A DNA stretch of 64,000 nucleotides, taken from NCBI GenBank assembly GCA_951406725.2, contig OX597825.1, positions 3,100,001 through 3,164,000 on the forward strand, in the 5' to 3' direction. Shown here one piece after another: positions 40,271-56,728 of the stretch. The DNA comes from Octopus vulgaris (lineage: Eukaryota). The notes beneath the pieces were generated by a model. It searched no databases, was not told the DNA's origin, and saw nothing but the letters and a program-made list of their open reading frames with translations. The position numbers and the translations under genes were made by a program. Positions within the stretch are counted from its first letter, which is position 1. Every line of letters starts with the position of its first letter.

Positions 40271-42754
40271 TTTACCTCTGCATACGCGTACATATACATA
40301 TATATATATATATATGTGTGTGTCTGTGATTCTTTGGGTCACAGAAGATGCACACACATTTTAATTTTATATAAACGTTGGCATTTCTTTCAGCCCTTTA
40401 AGTTTTCAGTACAAATACATCTGAGATAGCTTTACCGATTATAGAGGTACCAGTTGAGAACTGTGATCGGTGAGATGTAATTGTTAAATTTCGGTGTATT
40501 TGAATCTGTATTCATTCCCCGCCGAACTGGACGTAGTTTTTCATTCGGTGAAAGCTATTTAAAAGTCATAAATCTGTCACCCCTTTAATAGACTACTTTT
40601 ATTCTCCATCCTGCATTGCTGCTACATATTCTTTAGCCATAGGTAGCATTTGTCGGGAATGAGAGTACGTAACACAAGATGCACATTTCTCGTTAATCTT
40701 CATACTATATTCAAATAATGTAACCATATGTACTGCGGTCGATTTAATTGAATACACTTGTAACGTTCTATTCAGTGCTTCATCTAAATGATTATCAATG
40801 TTTCACAATTGAAATTTTTTCCCTCTCTCTTTTGCATCACCCTCAATCTCAGTAATGTAGAGACCATCATGGGAACATCATTATCTCTCGCTCAAGTGAC
40901 ATCTAAGTTTGTGGTTATTGTTCATCCTTACGACAAGCTGCCGTGATATTGACGTAACATTTTATATTTTAAATGCCTTTTTAATCATTATGGATGTTAT
41001 TATGTAAACACGAATTGTCAGCAGAAGCTGACAATATATTACAAATCTGAGAAATGTGAAAAATATCGTAGGACTTCATACGATGTTTCAAAGATTTCAA
41101 CTCTTCGAACAGGAATATATAAACTCCTTTAAGCTGTTTCATTTTGCTGTGATTTCAAGGCAAATTTTAACTACCAACATTGGAGACGTTTTACACACAG
41201 GACACATCTTTCGAATCGTAAAAATATGGAAATAGTATCTTAGTAATATTGTATATATATGCCATTGAACCGGCATGATAATGATCGTGTGAAAAGATTT
41301 TCTGCTTCATTCATTAGCATTCTATTAGAGGTAAAAGTAGCTTTGTAACTGAGAGTGGTTCGATAATCAGTTAATTATCTAGGTTGATTCAATGAAGTAA
41401 AAGCATTTGCCCAATATAGCGTTTCTGTGTGTGCTATTATTGTATAAACCGTCGTAGAGATTTGATGTCATACGATTTCTCAGAAGATTCTCAAAGTGAA
41501 TAGGGATATCTTACACTACATTTACCATCTGATCTTTTGTAAGATCGTTGCCAATTAGCAGGATATTCAGCAATCATTCTCTGTAGAAATATACCGACAT
41601 ATTCTGGACTCATGACATTTGTCACTGTATAAATAAATTGAATGATTTATAATTCGTGATTTGTGAGTATTTTTAAAGTGATTGCAATTATGGCTATCAA
41701 TAATATTAATGCAATGTTTATGATGCCTGTATAAAACATAACGTTTTATGTTGCGGAAATCTGGGAGTTCGTAAGAATATAATTAACACGTCTTTTTTGT
41801 ATTTATATTGTGTGAATGTTTGAAGAAACGAATGATGAAAACAATCTCAAGATATGCGTTCCTTTACACGAATTTTCATTCCTATAATCCTTACTTCACA
41901 TTTACCTCTGTCCAATGTTTGTGAAATACATACATCTATATTACCATTGTCTACGTAATCTTTTCGAGCCTTTTTGGAACAGGTTTCTGACTACTCTAAA
42001 AATGGCGATCATTGCCATAATGTTCTTTTATTTTTTGTTTTGCCTTATATGTAATTCTTAATTGTACGTCAATAAAAAATTGATAGAAAATAATTCCGGT
42101 TTCAAATCACTCAATATTATGTCTACAAATAATGTATAACAGTGTGCGATATGAACAATATTTCGTTGATGTTCATAACACGAGCAACGTGATAAAATAA
42201 GAGTGCAATTGAATATATTCATTTTATTTGTTGTGTTATTTACACGAATTCATTTTATTCATGCGTGTTGCTTGTATTGTTATCTTTCGTTGCGGGAAGG
42301 GACGAAGTTATGACGTATGTTTTCTTTATCCTTCATTACAATAAAGACATTTATTGAACCATATAAACAAATACACGTAGACGTATATTAAATATGTATA
42401 AAAATGTGTAACTGTTTTAATAGATTTTTAGATATAGTGTGGAAAGACACGTCTGTGCATAAATACATGCAATCCAAAATGCGTTTTTTCCCCATGGTTT
42501 CATAAACAGAACTGCACACATAGTGCAAGACTATGTAGGTGAACCTGTAATGCAGTAACATATATTTAGCATAAAGAAATATGGCAACAAGTGGTTTTGA
42601 ATTAGTTTGCTGCAAACCCAAATATACTTCTATACTCTCAGACACACATACATACACTTACACACACACTAACACATATACACAGACTAACACATATCCC
42701 CATGAACATACACAGACATATTTATATATGTATGTTATCATATCTATATCTATC

Positions 42755-42803
<49 letters not shown>

Positions 42804-43063
42804 CATATTTACATGTGCATGTGTAACGAATGGAGATTTAAGTTTCAATTTATATAACATTCTCCGTCCTGTATGGTAGTTTGAGTTTTCCTTTTGCAGA
42901 CTTACACCTACTTCGTCACAGGTTGTGACTATTTAGTGAGTATTTTATATAATCTCTGCCAGGAAATATGACTTCAATACTAGGGTTCCAATGTACACCC
43001 TTAAGATTAGCAACCACATAATTGTGATATATTTCCGTAATGATTAAATACATTTCTCTGTCA

Positions 43064-43134
<71 letters not shown>

Positions 43135-44639
43135 CACTTTTCCGTCACGAAATTCGAAAATACTTTTACCACAGTAATATTGTATAGAAACTTCAATTCA
43201 CCTTTGCCATGTTTACTACAGCATAAAATGAAAGAAGAGAACTGAAGTCAATTAAAAATGGAATATAAAATTTCCGAAGCATTCTGCATTAGTTTTAACA
43301 TGACACCATGGTGCTGAATCAGTGGTATTGTGAAAATGAAAATGATTTCTGTTTAGATGTGGTCGGTTGATATATTGTAAAGGAAATATGATGTGGCCCA
43401 AACGTTGGCCATTTCGAATCCAGCTTTAGTTTTCCATAGATACCTATTTTGTCATGACAATCTGTCGATCAGTGAGAATTCCTTCATGGAATTAGGTATT
43501 TCGAAGAGGAAAGGCTCTATTTCTGGGGTTGAGACATTTTATCAGAATCTTTCCAACATAAGTTCTCGCAATTTTTCTTTTTTTTTTCTTTTATCTATTT
43601 CGATGTATCCAAATACATGTGTATTGGGTGAAATGAATAACGTAGTGACAGTGACAGAATCCCTGTCAATGATATATTTCAATCAGCATATCCTGCATCA
43701 TTTTAATTTAAATATTTCAGCTCTCTCGCCAAGGTGTACACATACATGACATTTCATTACACTCACTGTTTATTGGCAATTTATATTAGAATTTTACTTG
43801 TAACTACGTGGATCACCGCAGAAGTTTATTATTAAGTCTGGGAATTCAATGTCATCTTTACAATGTACTCCTAACTCACAACAAATACACGGAACGATGA
43901 GGAAAAGTAAATCGTTCAGACCGTGCTAATGCAATTGAATGCTCGCACATAGGGATAAATATAAACACACAGACACATCAAATACAAGATTTCAAAATAT
44001 TGATAAAATTTTACTGAGTAAGCATTGAAGATGAAATGCAAACACAATTTTGCAGTTGTTGCGTGCTGTATGTTCGCCCAAGAGGGAACACGTGCCTGTA
44101 ATTACTGAAAATTTAAATAAAAAAATATTCCCTTTCAAAAGACGTATGAAATTCTCGACAATCGTATGTTTATAACTTTGCTAATTTGTCATGTCTGGGA
44201 GAATGATTTCTCGAACTTAGAACAAGATCTTCTTGTTTATGAGTGATAATCTTTAGTATTTTTTCAGATGTTTATCTTCCAGCATTTCGCTTGAGATTAA
44301 TATTCTGAAAATACTCAAAGAAAATTGAAAATGAAATTAGCGTCGTGCATGTTTCAGGAGAATGACAAGTAAAACGAATATGTAATTATCATTTCTCCAA
44401 TTTGTTTTTCTCTCTTCACAACAATCAATGCAGTATTTCGCATATCAGCGGCATCGATAGTCGCCGTAGTGTTCCTATTTTACAGGGTTGTCATTGAAAG
44501 CGAGAAACTCAACTTACTCAGCTAAGTTGGTATGTGTCGGTGAAACTAATCAATTATTTCTACTATTACAACTCCAACGACGAATACTATTACGATGACA
44601 ACAACTACAAATGATAATAATATCGGTTTGAAAGTTTAT

Positions 44640-44921
44640 GAACAAGGGCAACGGCGGGGATGAATCGATTACATGGACAACAGTGTTTAACTTGTACCTA
44701 TCGACCGCGAAATAATGAAAGCCAAAGCCGACCTCAGCGGAATTAGAACTCAGAACCTGAAGGTGGACGAAATGCCGTTATGCATTATTTATTATTTCTT
44801 TACTACCCACAAGGGGCTAAACACAGAGGGGACAAACAAAGACAGACAAACGGATTAAGTCTATTACATCGACCCTAGTGCGTAATTGGTACTTAATTTA
44901 TCGACCCCGAAAGGATGAAAG
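44640..44921 (-). mobile_element. Two adjacent Nin/Deu-domain-like SINE fragments (older 44640-44785, younger truncated 44788-44921)
   Basis: atcgaccccgaaaggatgaaag and the tail are reverse complements of the 60025 copy. Confidence 0.8.
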
Positions 44922-46080
44922 TGCTCTTTCTTTCTATATAACTTTGTTACGGAAGGCTGCACGGATAAAATTTTCTCCTCGTTTATTTTCCCATTTGGTG
45001 AAACTTATGTGTCTGCTAATGTAACAAAAATATTTTTATTGTTGTTGCGTATAATATAAGTACAAGATTTCACTTTCCAAAATTATAGCACTTTTTGAAA
45101 AGAAATCGTGTTACTACTTTTTCCGTTTCGTGTTAGCGGAATTGTTTGTTTTCCTTTTTCTGTTGTAAGGAAATATTTATTATTTTATTGCTGACGCCAT
45201 GCGCTGGCATATGTAATCGTAACAAACACAGTCGCAGAGCATTTGAAATAATAACACTTACGTTTTAGAGTAGAACGACGAAACGAAAACACCAATGTAT
45301 TTTCTGGTAAACAGGTGTTAATATACAAAGCGAAAAAGTGAGTTAACAGCGTCGACGTGAGGCCGAAAAAATAGAAATAAACAAAATAATCACCCTTGTT
45401 TTTCTACGATAAAATAAAACGGACAAACCACGGATATTATTTAAATTTTGAAAATCTTGTTTAGCAATTATCCTTGAGTACATAGAGCTGCCATGAAGAA
45501 AAACACGTTAGTTCACAAAAATTACCAAACACGATAATAATTTTAAGCTTATGAAATGCAGGGGGCGAATATATTGGGTAAGTGATGACGACGACGACGA
45601 CGATGACGACTATGATGATGATGGCGGTGGTGGTGATGATGATCGTATTAGCCTAGATTAGCGCGTGCCTTCTTATATGGAAGCTGAGTTTGTTAAATTT
45701 GAGTATATAGATGATGAGAGGAGAAAGTCATAAGTGGCTAAGAGAAATTGGGTGAGGATGCAGATTTTTTAATGGGAGAAGCGTTGTAGAAGTACAATCC
45801 AATATTCGTGATGACAGCAATTCGTGTCTTTTTTCCTCTGTTGGAAAACTTTGATAATTAATAGACATCGATAAAGTACTGGCTTAAATGCATTAGAAAA
45901 CGAAAAACATAGCTTGCTATATTTATGATCAATTAACGCTACATTGATGTCACATAATAGTTATAATAATTTGTATCATATTGAGAAACCCTGAAATTTT
46001 ATATGTTGGCTAAGCCGTTTCTATGGATCTCAGCTGTAAACTGCTACTTATTTTATCGACCCTGAAAACATAAAAGGAAT

Positions 46081-46330
46081 TTAACCCATTAGCATTTAAA
46101 CCGGTCATATCAGGGCTATATATTGTACCAGTTTTATCATCAAACTGGCCAGATCTGGTTTCACACACCTACGCAGCAATGTCAATATAAACACTCATAT
46201 CATCCTAATAAACAAAATAAACAATCACATCAACATGATTTCAAAGCTTCCATGCTGTGCATGGCTAATTCAAAACAATTTCATCATATAAATATTACAT
46301 TTGACAGAATAATCTAAACGCTAAATGGGG
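46081..46330. mobile_element. piggyBac-type MITE, degenerate
   Basis: Starts TTAA-cccattagcattt and ends aaacgctaaatggg (imperfect TIR). It follows a short SINE fragment (tatcgaccctgaaa). Confidence 0.6.
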
Positions 46331-47351
46331 AATTTCAAAACGTAAAGCCCGAATAAACGCTTAATAATGATGTTAATAACAACGATAACGAAGCGTAAAC
46401 TGTGCAACTACATTAATGTTTATGTTCCAAAATTAAAGTCCGAGGAATTTTGCGGTTCATCAAACAGCTATAAATGTTACGCACTATTGAAGGCGGTTTC
46501 AGTCATTAACACTTCCTTATAAGTTGGTGTTAATTATATAGTTGTTGATAATATTAATTATGTACTCATTGAATTTAGACTTTTGTTAACATCTTAAGAT
46601 GCTGCAATTAAACTTGCAAATGTTTGGCGTGTGTGTAAGAAAAAGAAAAACACATGTATATAACTCTCAAGTTTAAAGAGGAGAGCCCTGAAAGCTTGTT
46701 TCAATATTTGCCTTGGCTTTACCCTTCTTGCAACAACAGTTTCCACACTTCTATTATTCTCTCCAGCCTTGGTATTATGCATCAAGTAAATAACAGATTC
46801 TCGGAATATTTAGGACACATGATATTTACTGATCACGGTAACATAACATTCTTCGGATTTACAGCTTCTCATCGATTTAAATATCGTTATTCTGGTTGAA
46901 ATCTATTAATATTCTAAGGATTTAAGCGTATTATATATAAGAGAGATTTGTAACAATTGAAAAACCATTATTAATCTACAAATACTTTTTTAAATTACCG
47001 TTGTTGTCGAGTCAAAATTATTCCCTCTTTTCCGATTTATTGATGCAGTTAGTATTTATATTATTGCTAATGTCATTAAAATAATTGTTATTATTCATAC
47101 ATTTATTGTTATGCTAAGCATACATCTCATGGACAACGTTGCCACTTTTAGCGTAAGTATTAAAATAGATTTCATATAATTTAATTTGGAAACAGACTAA
47201 TGTGTGGTTCATATTTGATTTTTATATTCTTTATATAAATATTTTATTCGTGTTATATATATATATATATATTATATATATATATATATATGTATATGTA
47301 TATATATGTATATATATATGTATATAGATATATATATATATATATATATAT

Positions 47352-47434
<83 letters not shown>

Positions 47435-48320
47435 ATTTGAAATTTATTTATTTAGACAGACGATTTATGAAGAAAAAAATATGTTTGATATCCGAAACGA
47501 GGCAAATCAAACATGCAGAAATAAAACAATAAAATATATAAAAGATACACGAAAAGACAGTTGCTGATCTATCCACTATATTCACAAACGAACAAAGCAA
47601 CAACTATAAACATATTCGTGGACACGGTCATGCGTATGAATATATATACACATACATTCATCGGAATTTATGGATGTGAATATGTGAAGATGCATGTAGG
47701 CTTAAATATATGTATATCTATATATATGCTGCCTCGTATACCAGAATTTATGTTGGAGTTTGAAATGGCACCGGAATTTCATTATCACTTAACTTTCAAT
47801 ATCGTATATTTCTTTTGATTTCCAGCGAATCCTTACGCGTATCTTATTATTTGTCCCTGTAAAACTCATTGAAATGTCTACGAATATTTGAGCATTTGCT
47901 CGTTAAAACATATTTTCCGACTCTTACCTTGTAACTTTAACCTCTATTAAGCCCTTCATTTATTTCTACCATTGATAAGAAAAAAATTGTCGTAGTTGAA
48001 TAAAATGTATCACAGAATTTAAAACGACTACACGTACCGAGATACGGGTGCATTTTCAATCTCCAAAATAAATTCTCCTATATGCTTTCTTGCGTGCGAA
48101 TATACTTCATCAGGCAATTGGTGACGCTTTTGTAGTAAAACACTCAAAAATTAAGCAAAGCAGGCGCGCCACTGAGTTCAATGCAGATTTACTTCTAACT
48201 TTATAGCACGTAAAGATAACGGTGTTGTAGGAGTGTACGCAGCACGTGTACTACATCAATATTATGCTTTGCTTAGATACTGAGATTGAAAAGCAGGGGT
48301 GAATTATGCGTGCCTGGTAT

Positions 48321-48376
<56 letters not shown>

Positions 48377-48505
48377 TTATGCATAATAATCGGAGTAACC
48401 TTCATAGTCTTAAGTGCATATTTTTCCATAAAAGGAAAAGCGTTAATATCGATCTATATTCTTTAAAGTAGCCACTTCTTACCTTGCCTACTCAGGCGGC
48501 ACTTT

Positions 48506-48602
<97 letters not shown>

Positions 48603-49479
48603 TATGTATGTGTGCGTGTGTGTATATATGTGTATGTATGTATGCATGCATGTACGTATGTAAGTATGTATGTATGTGTATATACGAGTGTTTCAATTTA
48701 AGCCCATTCTTGAATGCATTACCGGAAAAATGTAGTTTTGCGACAGATAAGGATATATGATTGATTGATTGATTCTAGTTTCAGCTCACGAGCTGTGGCC
48801 ATATGAAAATTTTCAAATAACCGATTTATTTGATACAAATTGTGACCCGAGAAACTGCATATTCCAGCGAAATATCGTATTAATTTAACAAGATTTGCAG
48901 AACAGTACGACTTAGAACACAGTGGGTTAAATTGACCATTCTATTTAAGCAATAGAGATATTTGTCTCTATCACTTGAAGTGTCTGTCATAATCTACCAT
49001 GACAAGAATTGATGTAGAATTTGAATATGCCCAATTTATTTCCAGCGAAAAGGTGTACCTTAATACAAAGTCATAATAATCTAAACGCGTACATTAAAGG
49101 CGTTTTAACAACAACAACAGAAACATTTGGATTAGAAGAAGACGTTCGATGGAAGATACGCCACGTTCAACGGAACGCACATTAGAAGACATAATTCCCA
49201 GGAGTAATTCCAACAGACATTTTTACAGCTATAAAGCGGCGACAGAAGACAAACGAAGGGCAGCCGTTAAACAGAAGAGTGAGCAAAATAATTCACAAAG
49301 TATACTGTGATGTTTAGGATTTCATTGCTTGTATTAAAACTAGTTGTTGCACAACAATGCTCATCACTTCGAAATTAGACGATTTTGAAAATGAGATACA
49401 GCTAAATTATCACGGGCTTAATAAACATCAGATATGTAAAAACATTTTAGGGGCACACTGTATATCTATCTGTGTGAGC

Positions 49480-49575
<96 letters not shown>

Positions 49576-49582
49576 AATGTTC

Positions 49583-49776
<194 letters not shown>

Positions 49777-50214
49777 ACATGTGTATGTGAGTATATTTTT
49801 CTTATAGCTACATGTCACAGGATTGTAAGTTGTGTGGGTGAGTAGTGTTGGATAATTACGCAGGTGTTCAGGTGCGTTTATCGATGTATATATAAAATTA
49901 CGAAATAATAAAATAAATATAATTCACTTAGAAATATATTCCGAATGAGTTATTAAGAATTTGCTTTTATTTTTCTGTACAGCATTTATAATTTACATTC
50001 AAGCATTAGGTACGTATGATTGTATGCAAATATTTATGCATATAGCGAAAGTTTTATATATCTTCGCCTCTATAAACATAAGGAGACATACAAATAAAGT
50101 TGCATGCATATTTCTATATAAAGTTTTTGTGTGCGAGTTGCGTGCGCGTGTGTTTGTGTGACTATTCGTGTCTATACTTGCTGGTGTGTTACCGCTGCAT
50201 GTTTACGCCCCATC

Positions 50215-50268
<54 letters not shown>

Positions 50269-50766
50269 GTTTCCATCATAAGTCAAGATTAGGCACGTCC
50301 TTCAACAATTCATATCGGATGGATCGGCCCCAGAACTTACTTTTAAAGCCTGCTACTTATTCTTTCGTATCTGTGGCCGAAACGAAAGGTTACTGGGACG
50401 TAAACACCAAAAACTAATAAATACTATAGTGTCATGTCCGTCAATGCCTTTGGGGAAAATATTAGATAACATGATTCTACAGATTAAAGTTGTCGAAAGA
50501 CAACGGACCTCCATAAAACCCATGATCCACGCGTACGGGTAATAAGTATATTGTTCGTGGAATAAATCTACAAATACATTGTAAATCTACGAACGTGGTT
50601 TATAGTTTAAGATGTACAGAGCGACACATATTGCAGAGACGATATATTGTGTGTGTTAAATAATAAGGAACAAAAAAAGAGAATGACTCTCCCCACACAC
50701 AACGAAATGAGGTTCAACGCATGAAGTGACGTGAAAAAAAGCTTGCAGAACAAATCCCAAAACGAA

Positions 50767-50848
<82 letters not shown>

Positions 50849-50871
50849 TGTATATATACATACATATATAT

Positions 50872-50931
<60 letters not shown>

Positions 50932-51354
50932 TATATATATATATATAGATAAATATATATATATATACATACATCCTTACATATATGTGTATATATGAGT
51001 AGGTGCACATATATATACGTCACACCCACACGTGCAAACACACAAGTGTGTCGAGGTACTTAGATAGATATAGACCTGTATATACACATACTCCTGTAAA
51101 TTTATATTAATTCAATTGTATGTACGTGCATTACTACTTTGCGTAGTTAGCAGGCACATTTTGATATAAAGGTAATAAATGAGAATGTTATTTTCAGTAC
51201 AACGATGTAGTCTCCTTTAAAAAAATAAACGAAAGTATATGGGATTTTATGCGTGTGTGTGTGAATGCGTGCATGTGTGTGTGTACGTGTGTATCTATAT
51301 GTGCACGTGTGTGTGTGTACAGTATCTGTTTGTATATATACATAGATGTGTGAT

Positions 51355-51386
<32 letters not shown>

Positions 51387-51452
51387 TCTATATATATATG
51401 TACACATATATCTATCTATATATATCCTATATATATATATATGAATATATGT

Positions 51453-51490
<38 letters not shown>

Positions 51491-51524
51491 GAATATGTGT
51501 ACATATATATATGTATATAGATAG

Positions 51525-51598
<74 letters not shown>

Positions 51599-51655
51599 GT
51601 AGATATGTATATATATATACATATATAAATATGTGCATATATGTATATATGTATA

Positions 51656-51703
<48 letters not shown>

Positions 51704-52277
51704 TATCACAAATGTATGTTCGTTTTTATGCATGAAAGATCGTTCTTGTGAATTAGTATTTTAAATTTGTTATTAATTTTTTCTTATTTCCATGACTTCT
51801 TTGAGCTCAGTGCACCGGATATTGCTTACTTTCAAACATATGTATATGACTGAGACACGAGCTGAAACCGTATGTGGCAAATAAACAAGCAAATATGAAA
51901 TATTTTTCGTTTCTTTTTTTGGTTTTCGATTCTCCTGATGTCTTTCTCATTTGTTTTTTTTTTCCTTGTATATCCATGCTGTAAAATGAAATTAGAAATA
52001 AATTTGAAAGCTTGTATTATAAAGTGAATCAACTACATCAGCAGCAACAACAATGATATAGATTTTAGTAATATTATGAGTATAACGAAACATAAAAAGC
52101 AAAAACAAAGACCACACCTGCATCTCCATAAGCAACACCAACACTAACAACATCATTACCAACACCACCACTACTAGCACAAACTGCAATAATAAACGTA
52201 ATGTAAAGGGAAAACTCTGAAGTTCAAGATAACCAATATTTCTGCAACATTCCATTATGTTTATGTAATGAGACGTC

Positions 52278-52345
<68 letters not shown>

Positions 52346-52346
<1 letters not shown>

Positions 52347-53306
52347 AAGAGGGTGGTATAGGGGGTCCTCATAGCGTTTGCTGGTTTGGGCGAGCACCAT
52401 ATTGGGCTAAATCTTCCACAGAATGATGCAAACCCCAAGTCCTAATCTGACCTCCTCGTGGTACAACACGGATCTAGTCCAACAGGTGAGGACAAATCCG
52501 TGTGTTTGGCGCAGTATAACCAGGCCTCTCCGAGCAAATGGGTCTCATTAGCCGAGTTGGGCAACCTCTCAAGAAGACACCTTTATAAAGCCTGCTACAC
52601 GAAAACCTCTCTGTTATCGTTCTAGCTTGCTAAGTCAGAGGAGATAAAGCCCGAGTGTAAAGGGTAGGGCCAGTTCTGTGGAGACTGTACTTCATCTTAA
52701 AACACCAACACGCTGACTGAAGAACCTGTCCACATCCACAACCCCGACCACAACTCCACAAACCATTCTTGACTTGAGAAACAGAGCTTTTTCCCGGACG
52801 ATGATGCGCTCTCGATGGTCACGAACTATCCAGGATATATATTGAAATCGCAACCCTTAATGAAATCCGGCTCCCTAAGGAGAGCACTCTGAAAGAACAT
52901 TGTATCTGATACACCTTATATTAGTCAGGCAAAAACCCATCAGAAAGACGTCTTTCAGGTGTAGGTTTCATGGTAAAAAACTTCATCGCCTCCAGACTGG
53001 AAACCCTACCAGCAGTTCATGGTGACCGGTTCATCTCTATGCGCCCTCTTTTGAAAGACAAGCAGCATGCCACTAGCTTGAGCATTTACTACCTGATCCT
53101 CAGTTCTACTCAGACTGTGCAGACTACTCGAGGGAAAATCTGTCGATGATAATGTCCTAATCGTAGGAGAATTCAATGCCAGTGTGGGCCGTGGGTCGGG
53201 AATGTGGCAAGGAGTCATCGGAAAAACTGCAACGACAACGGGCGCTTCTTGCTTGAGTTCTGCACCGAGCATCAGCTCGTCATCACCAATACCATCTTCC
53301 AACAAA
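52346..53306 (+). mobile_element. RTE-clade LINE 5' fragment (5'UTR plus APE endonuclease), pseudogenised
   Basis: Translation HELSRIYIEIATLNEIRLPKESTLKEH...SGKNPSERRLSGVGFMVKNFIASRLE...DRFISMR...VLIVGEFNASVG...NCNDNGRFLLEFCTEHQLVITNTIFQQ, with stops and frameshifts. Confidence 0.9.
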
Positions 53307-53766
53307 GGTGTATTCTTTTCTAAGAACTTGAGACACGTATATTATTTGTTTTGATACAGATTTCAAATACCAGCTACGTCACTTTCTTTTATATCATTCG
53401 GAGGACTAGGAAATGGAGCATCAACGAATGGCAGAAATTGATGGGAATTAATATCCGTATTCCTCCTAAATCCGGGGAAATTGTCTCTAAATTAGAAACT
53501 TTCCTTTTCTGAGGTACTTGCTTTTACTACCAATGTTATGTGTTAATTCAACACTGTAATCTCTTATAGTTAATATATAACTTAGACTGAATGACAGGGG
53601 AAAGATTTCAACACTAGAAAAACCCAATAAAATCATGTTTGTTTTAACAAGGTGTCTCAAAGTGTGTGTGTAAATAGTTATATTATATAATATAATTATA
53701 ATATTTGGCAAAATAAAAGTAACAATTAGATTAGATAATCAAGATTCTAAATCTAATGTAAATTGC

Positions 53767-53832
<66 letters not shown>

Positions 53833-54739
53833 ATCATTATTCAGTTGTATTCCCAGATTTCTTGCCAATAGAGAAAGAGTCGTTTTCAAGACTCGGCTCA
53901 ATGTCTCCATTGAAATTTCGACAATACCAACAAGGTTTTTTTTTGCATTTGTGTCTGACAATATATATACAAATTTGGTTTGTTTTATGTATGCATTATG
54001 ATGCATATAGCTGCAAGTCTAGATATACGCATATACGCTTAAATCATAAACTTCTGGTAATTTTTACACTTCCAGTAGTGACTTGGATATGTAGCCTTTG
54101 AATCAGCTTTCTTCTTTCTGGTTTTGAGAAGCCTAATTCCTCAAAACCGGTCTTTAGGCAGTGTGTTATATATACCAGTGCCCCAATAATAACAGGTATA
54201 AATCTGAACTTACTATCTCAGTAGAGTAGCTGTAGATTTCTGAATAGTTCAGCGTACGTATTTTCTTTTTTACTGATCTCTAGCTCTATATTTGCAGCCG
54301 CTGGTTAGCGAATATTCACAAATGTACACTAAGTCTCTTCTCTAACTTAAATCATTATGTCAGGTCTACTGTGTTTACATTTTATTGAGTTTTTTTATAG
54401 AGACATTACAACAGTATTCCTTCGTATTTTATGAGGCTAACTCACTGCAGGTTCCTGTTTCTTTTGCTTCAGGCTTATCCTTTCCACAGGTTTCATTATA
54501 GTGTCTTAGGTCAACATCATATCTCATCGGTAGACAATACTGCGACGATACTTTTGGAAAATAGCGTATGACGTGGGTGACATCTTTGTTGTTAATTCCA
54601 TAAATTCTTCATCCTTTATCACATTTTCCTGTTTTCCTTCAACAGATATATATTTCAATGTCTCTGTGTGTAATTCTACAAGAATATATGGTTGTATAAA
54701 CTGTAGTGTAAAGCACAAATTACTTGTTATTGTATAATG

Positions 54740-55005
54740 TCTCAGTTGTTAGAGCGTCGGGCTCACAATCATGAAGTGTTAAGTTCGGTTCCAGGACCTG
54801 GCTGTGCGTTGTGCTCTTGAGCAAGACATTTCACGCTCTTCCACTTGCGTCATCACTGGAGCCAAGCTGTTTCGATGTTTGCCTTTCCCTCGAATAACAT
54901 CCTCATGCGTGGGCAACTCTTGGTCTTCCATAAATAACCTAACCCGGATTTGTGCCTCGGAAAGTACTTTTTCTTGGAGCAATCCCAGGGTCATTCACGA
55001 TCGAA
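54740..55005 (+). mobile_element. tRNA-derived SINE
   Basis: ctcagttgttagagcgtcgggctcacaatcatgaag...agttcggttcc; same family as 39942. Confidence 0.75.
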
Positions 55006-55540
55006 ACGATTCTTTATTTCAACAAATATTAAACACTGTAAGTAACGTGACCATACCGAAGATTCCCGACACGCTTTCGTTGGTTATCGAACAGGCTACA
55101 ACACAACATTCTCTACACGATACTATTCCACGCTAAAGCCAGTTATACACTTACGTTGATTTATTTTATGCATTATAAAGTATGAATCGTAACTGTCAGT
55201 GGTGATTCTAATGGCAGACAGAAATAGTTTATTGCGTGATTTCATGCTTGAAAATACTTATATATTTTCTCAACTAATGACAATAGTTCACAAACTAACG
55301 CTCACAATCTCTCATGGATAGCGTTGGGTTCTGTAATGGCAAATTTATTAATAACGCAGTGGCATGGTTTAAAACTGTTGGAGACGTACCAAATTTGCAG
55401 TATGGAAGAGTGCATTTGTTTGCAAAGATTTATTCGTCAAAGTAAACTTACACACTTCTGATATCCATATGTATATGCATAGACACATAGACACATACAT
55501 CGTTACATGCACTCATACACACAAACGTGCATACATACAC

Positions 55541-55604
<64 letters not shown>

Positions 55605-55667
55605 GTGGGGGGATATATATGTATGCATATTATATAATTATATAAATATAACTGTGCGTGTATGTGT

Positions 55668-55723
<56 letters not shown>

Positions 55724-55990
55724 GTATATATGCATATTAATCTGTATTCTATTTTAGAATAAAAACAATATTACATTAAACTGAAGGATTGCTCAATGGA
55801 ATTAGTTGAGTACTAAAATATTCTGCTTAATCAAGAATATCATTGAGAGCGACTTCGAAGTTTAGGCCAGCAGAACCATCACCAGGCTCTCCGATGAATT
55901 TTAGGTGGCTATAGCATTCTATATATATATATATATATATATAGACATATACACATACATATATAGATTTGTGTGTGTATGGTGTATATA

Positions 55991-56089
<99 letters not shown>

Positions 56090-56245
56090 TGGGTATGGTA
56101 GATATGTTCAGCAAAAAATTAGATTCCGAGGAATAGGGTACTTATGTTGAGGCACCGGGATTTAGTACGGTATTATCCATAGAATTTCAAAGTAAGGGGA
56201 TTAAAATCAAAATAAGCAACAAGGATATCGAGAGGTAATGCATCA
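56090..56245 (-). mobile_element. Penelope-type terminus abutting (TA)n (same family as 33260)
   Basis: gcaaaaaattagatt...gttgaggcacc...tattatccata...atcaaaataa...agaggtaatgca is shared with 33260-33400. Confidence 0.65.
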
Positions 56246-56682
56246 ATATGAGTTTTACTTGCTTCTCTACCGTAAATAAATTGAAAAGATATATAATCAC
56301 ATACAGAGAGGGACAGAATTGCTAAACATTTTATGAAGGGCAAGCAAATGAGAATATAGCTGTTACGGTCAAATCAGAAATATCATTATAATTAAGAGCG
56401 CAGAAAAAATATTTACCTATAAGCTGAAAAGAAACGCTCAATCGTCGAAGCACTGGAAATATCATCACTATAATTATACACGTGTATACATACATATATA
56501 TGCTTGTATGCACTCAAACATACATATATATGCATATAGGTATCCATGTCTCTATCTATCTATCTATTTATCTATTTATCTAACTATCTATCTATATATA
56601 TATATATATATATATCCATCTATCTATTTATCTATCTATTTATCTATTTATTTATCTATATATCTATCTATCTATCTATCTA

Positions 56683-56728
<46 letters not shown>

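Noticed and set aside
54524-54680. Protein-like minus-strand ORF ELHTETLKYISVEGKQENVIKDEEFME...
   Set aside because: Short, with no homology or linked exons.
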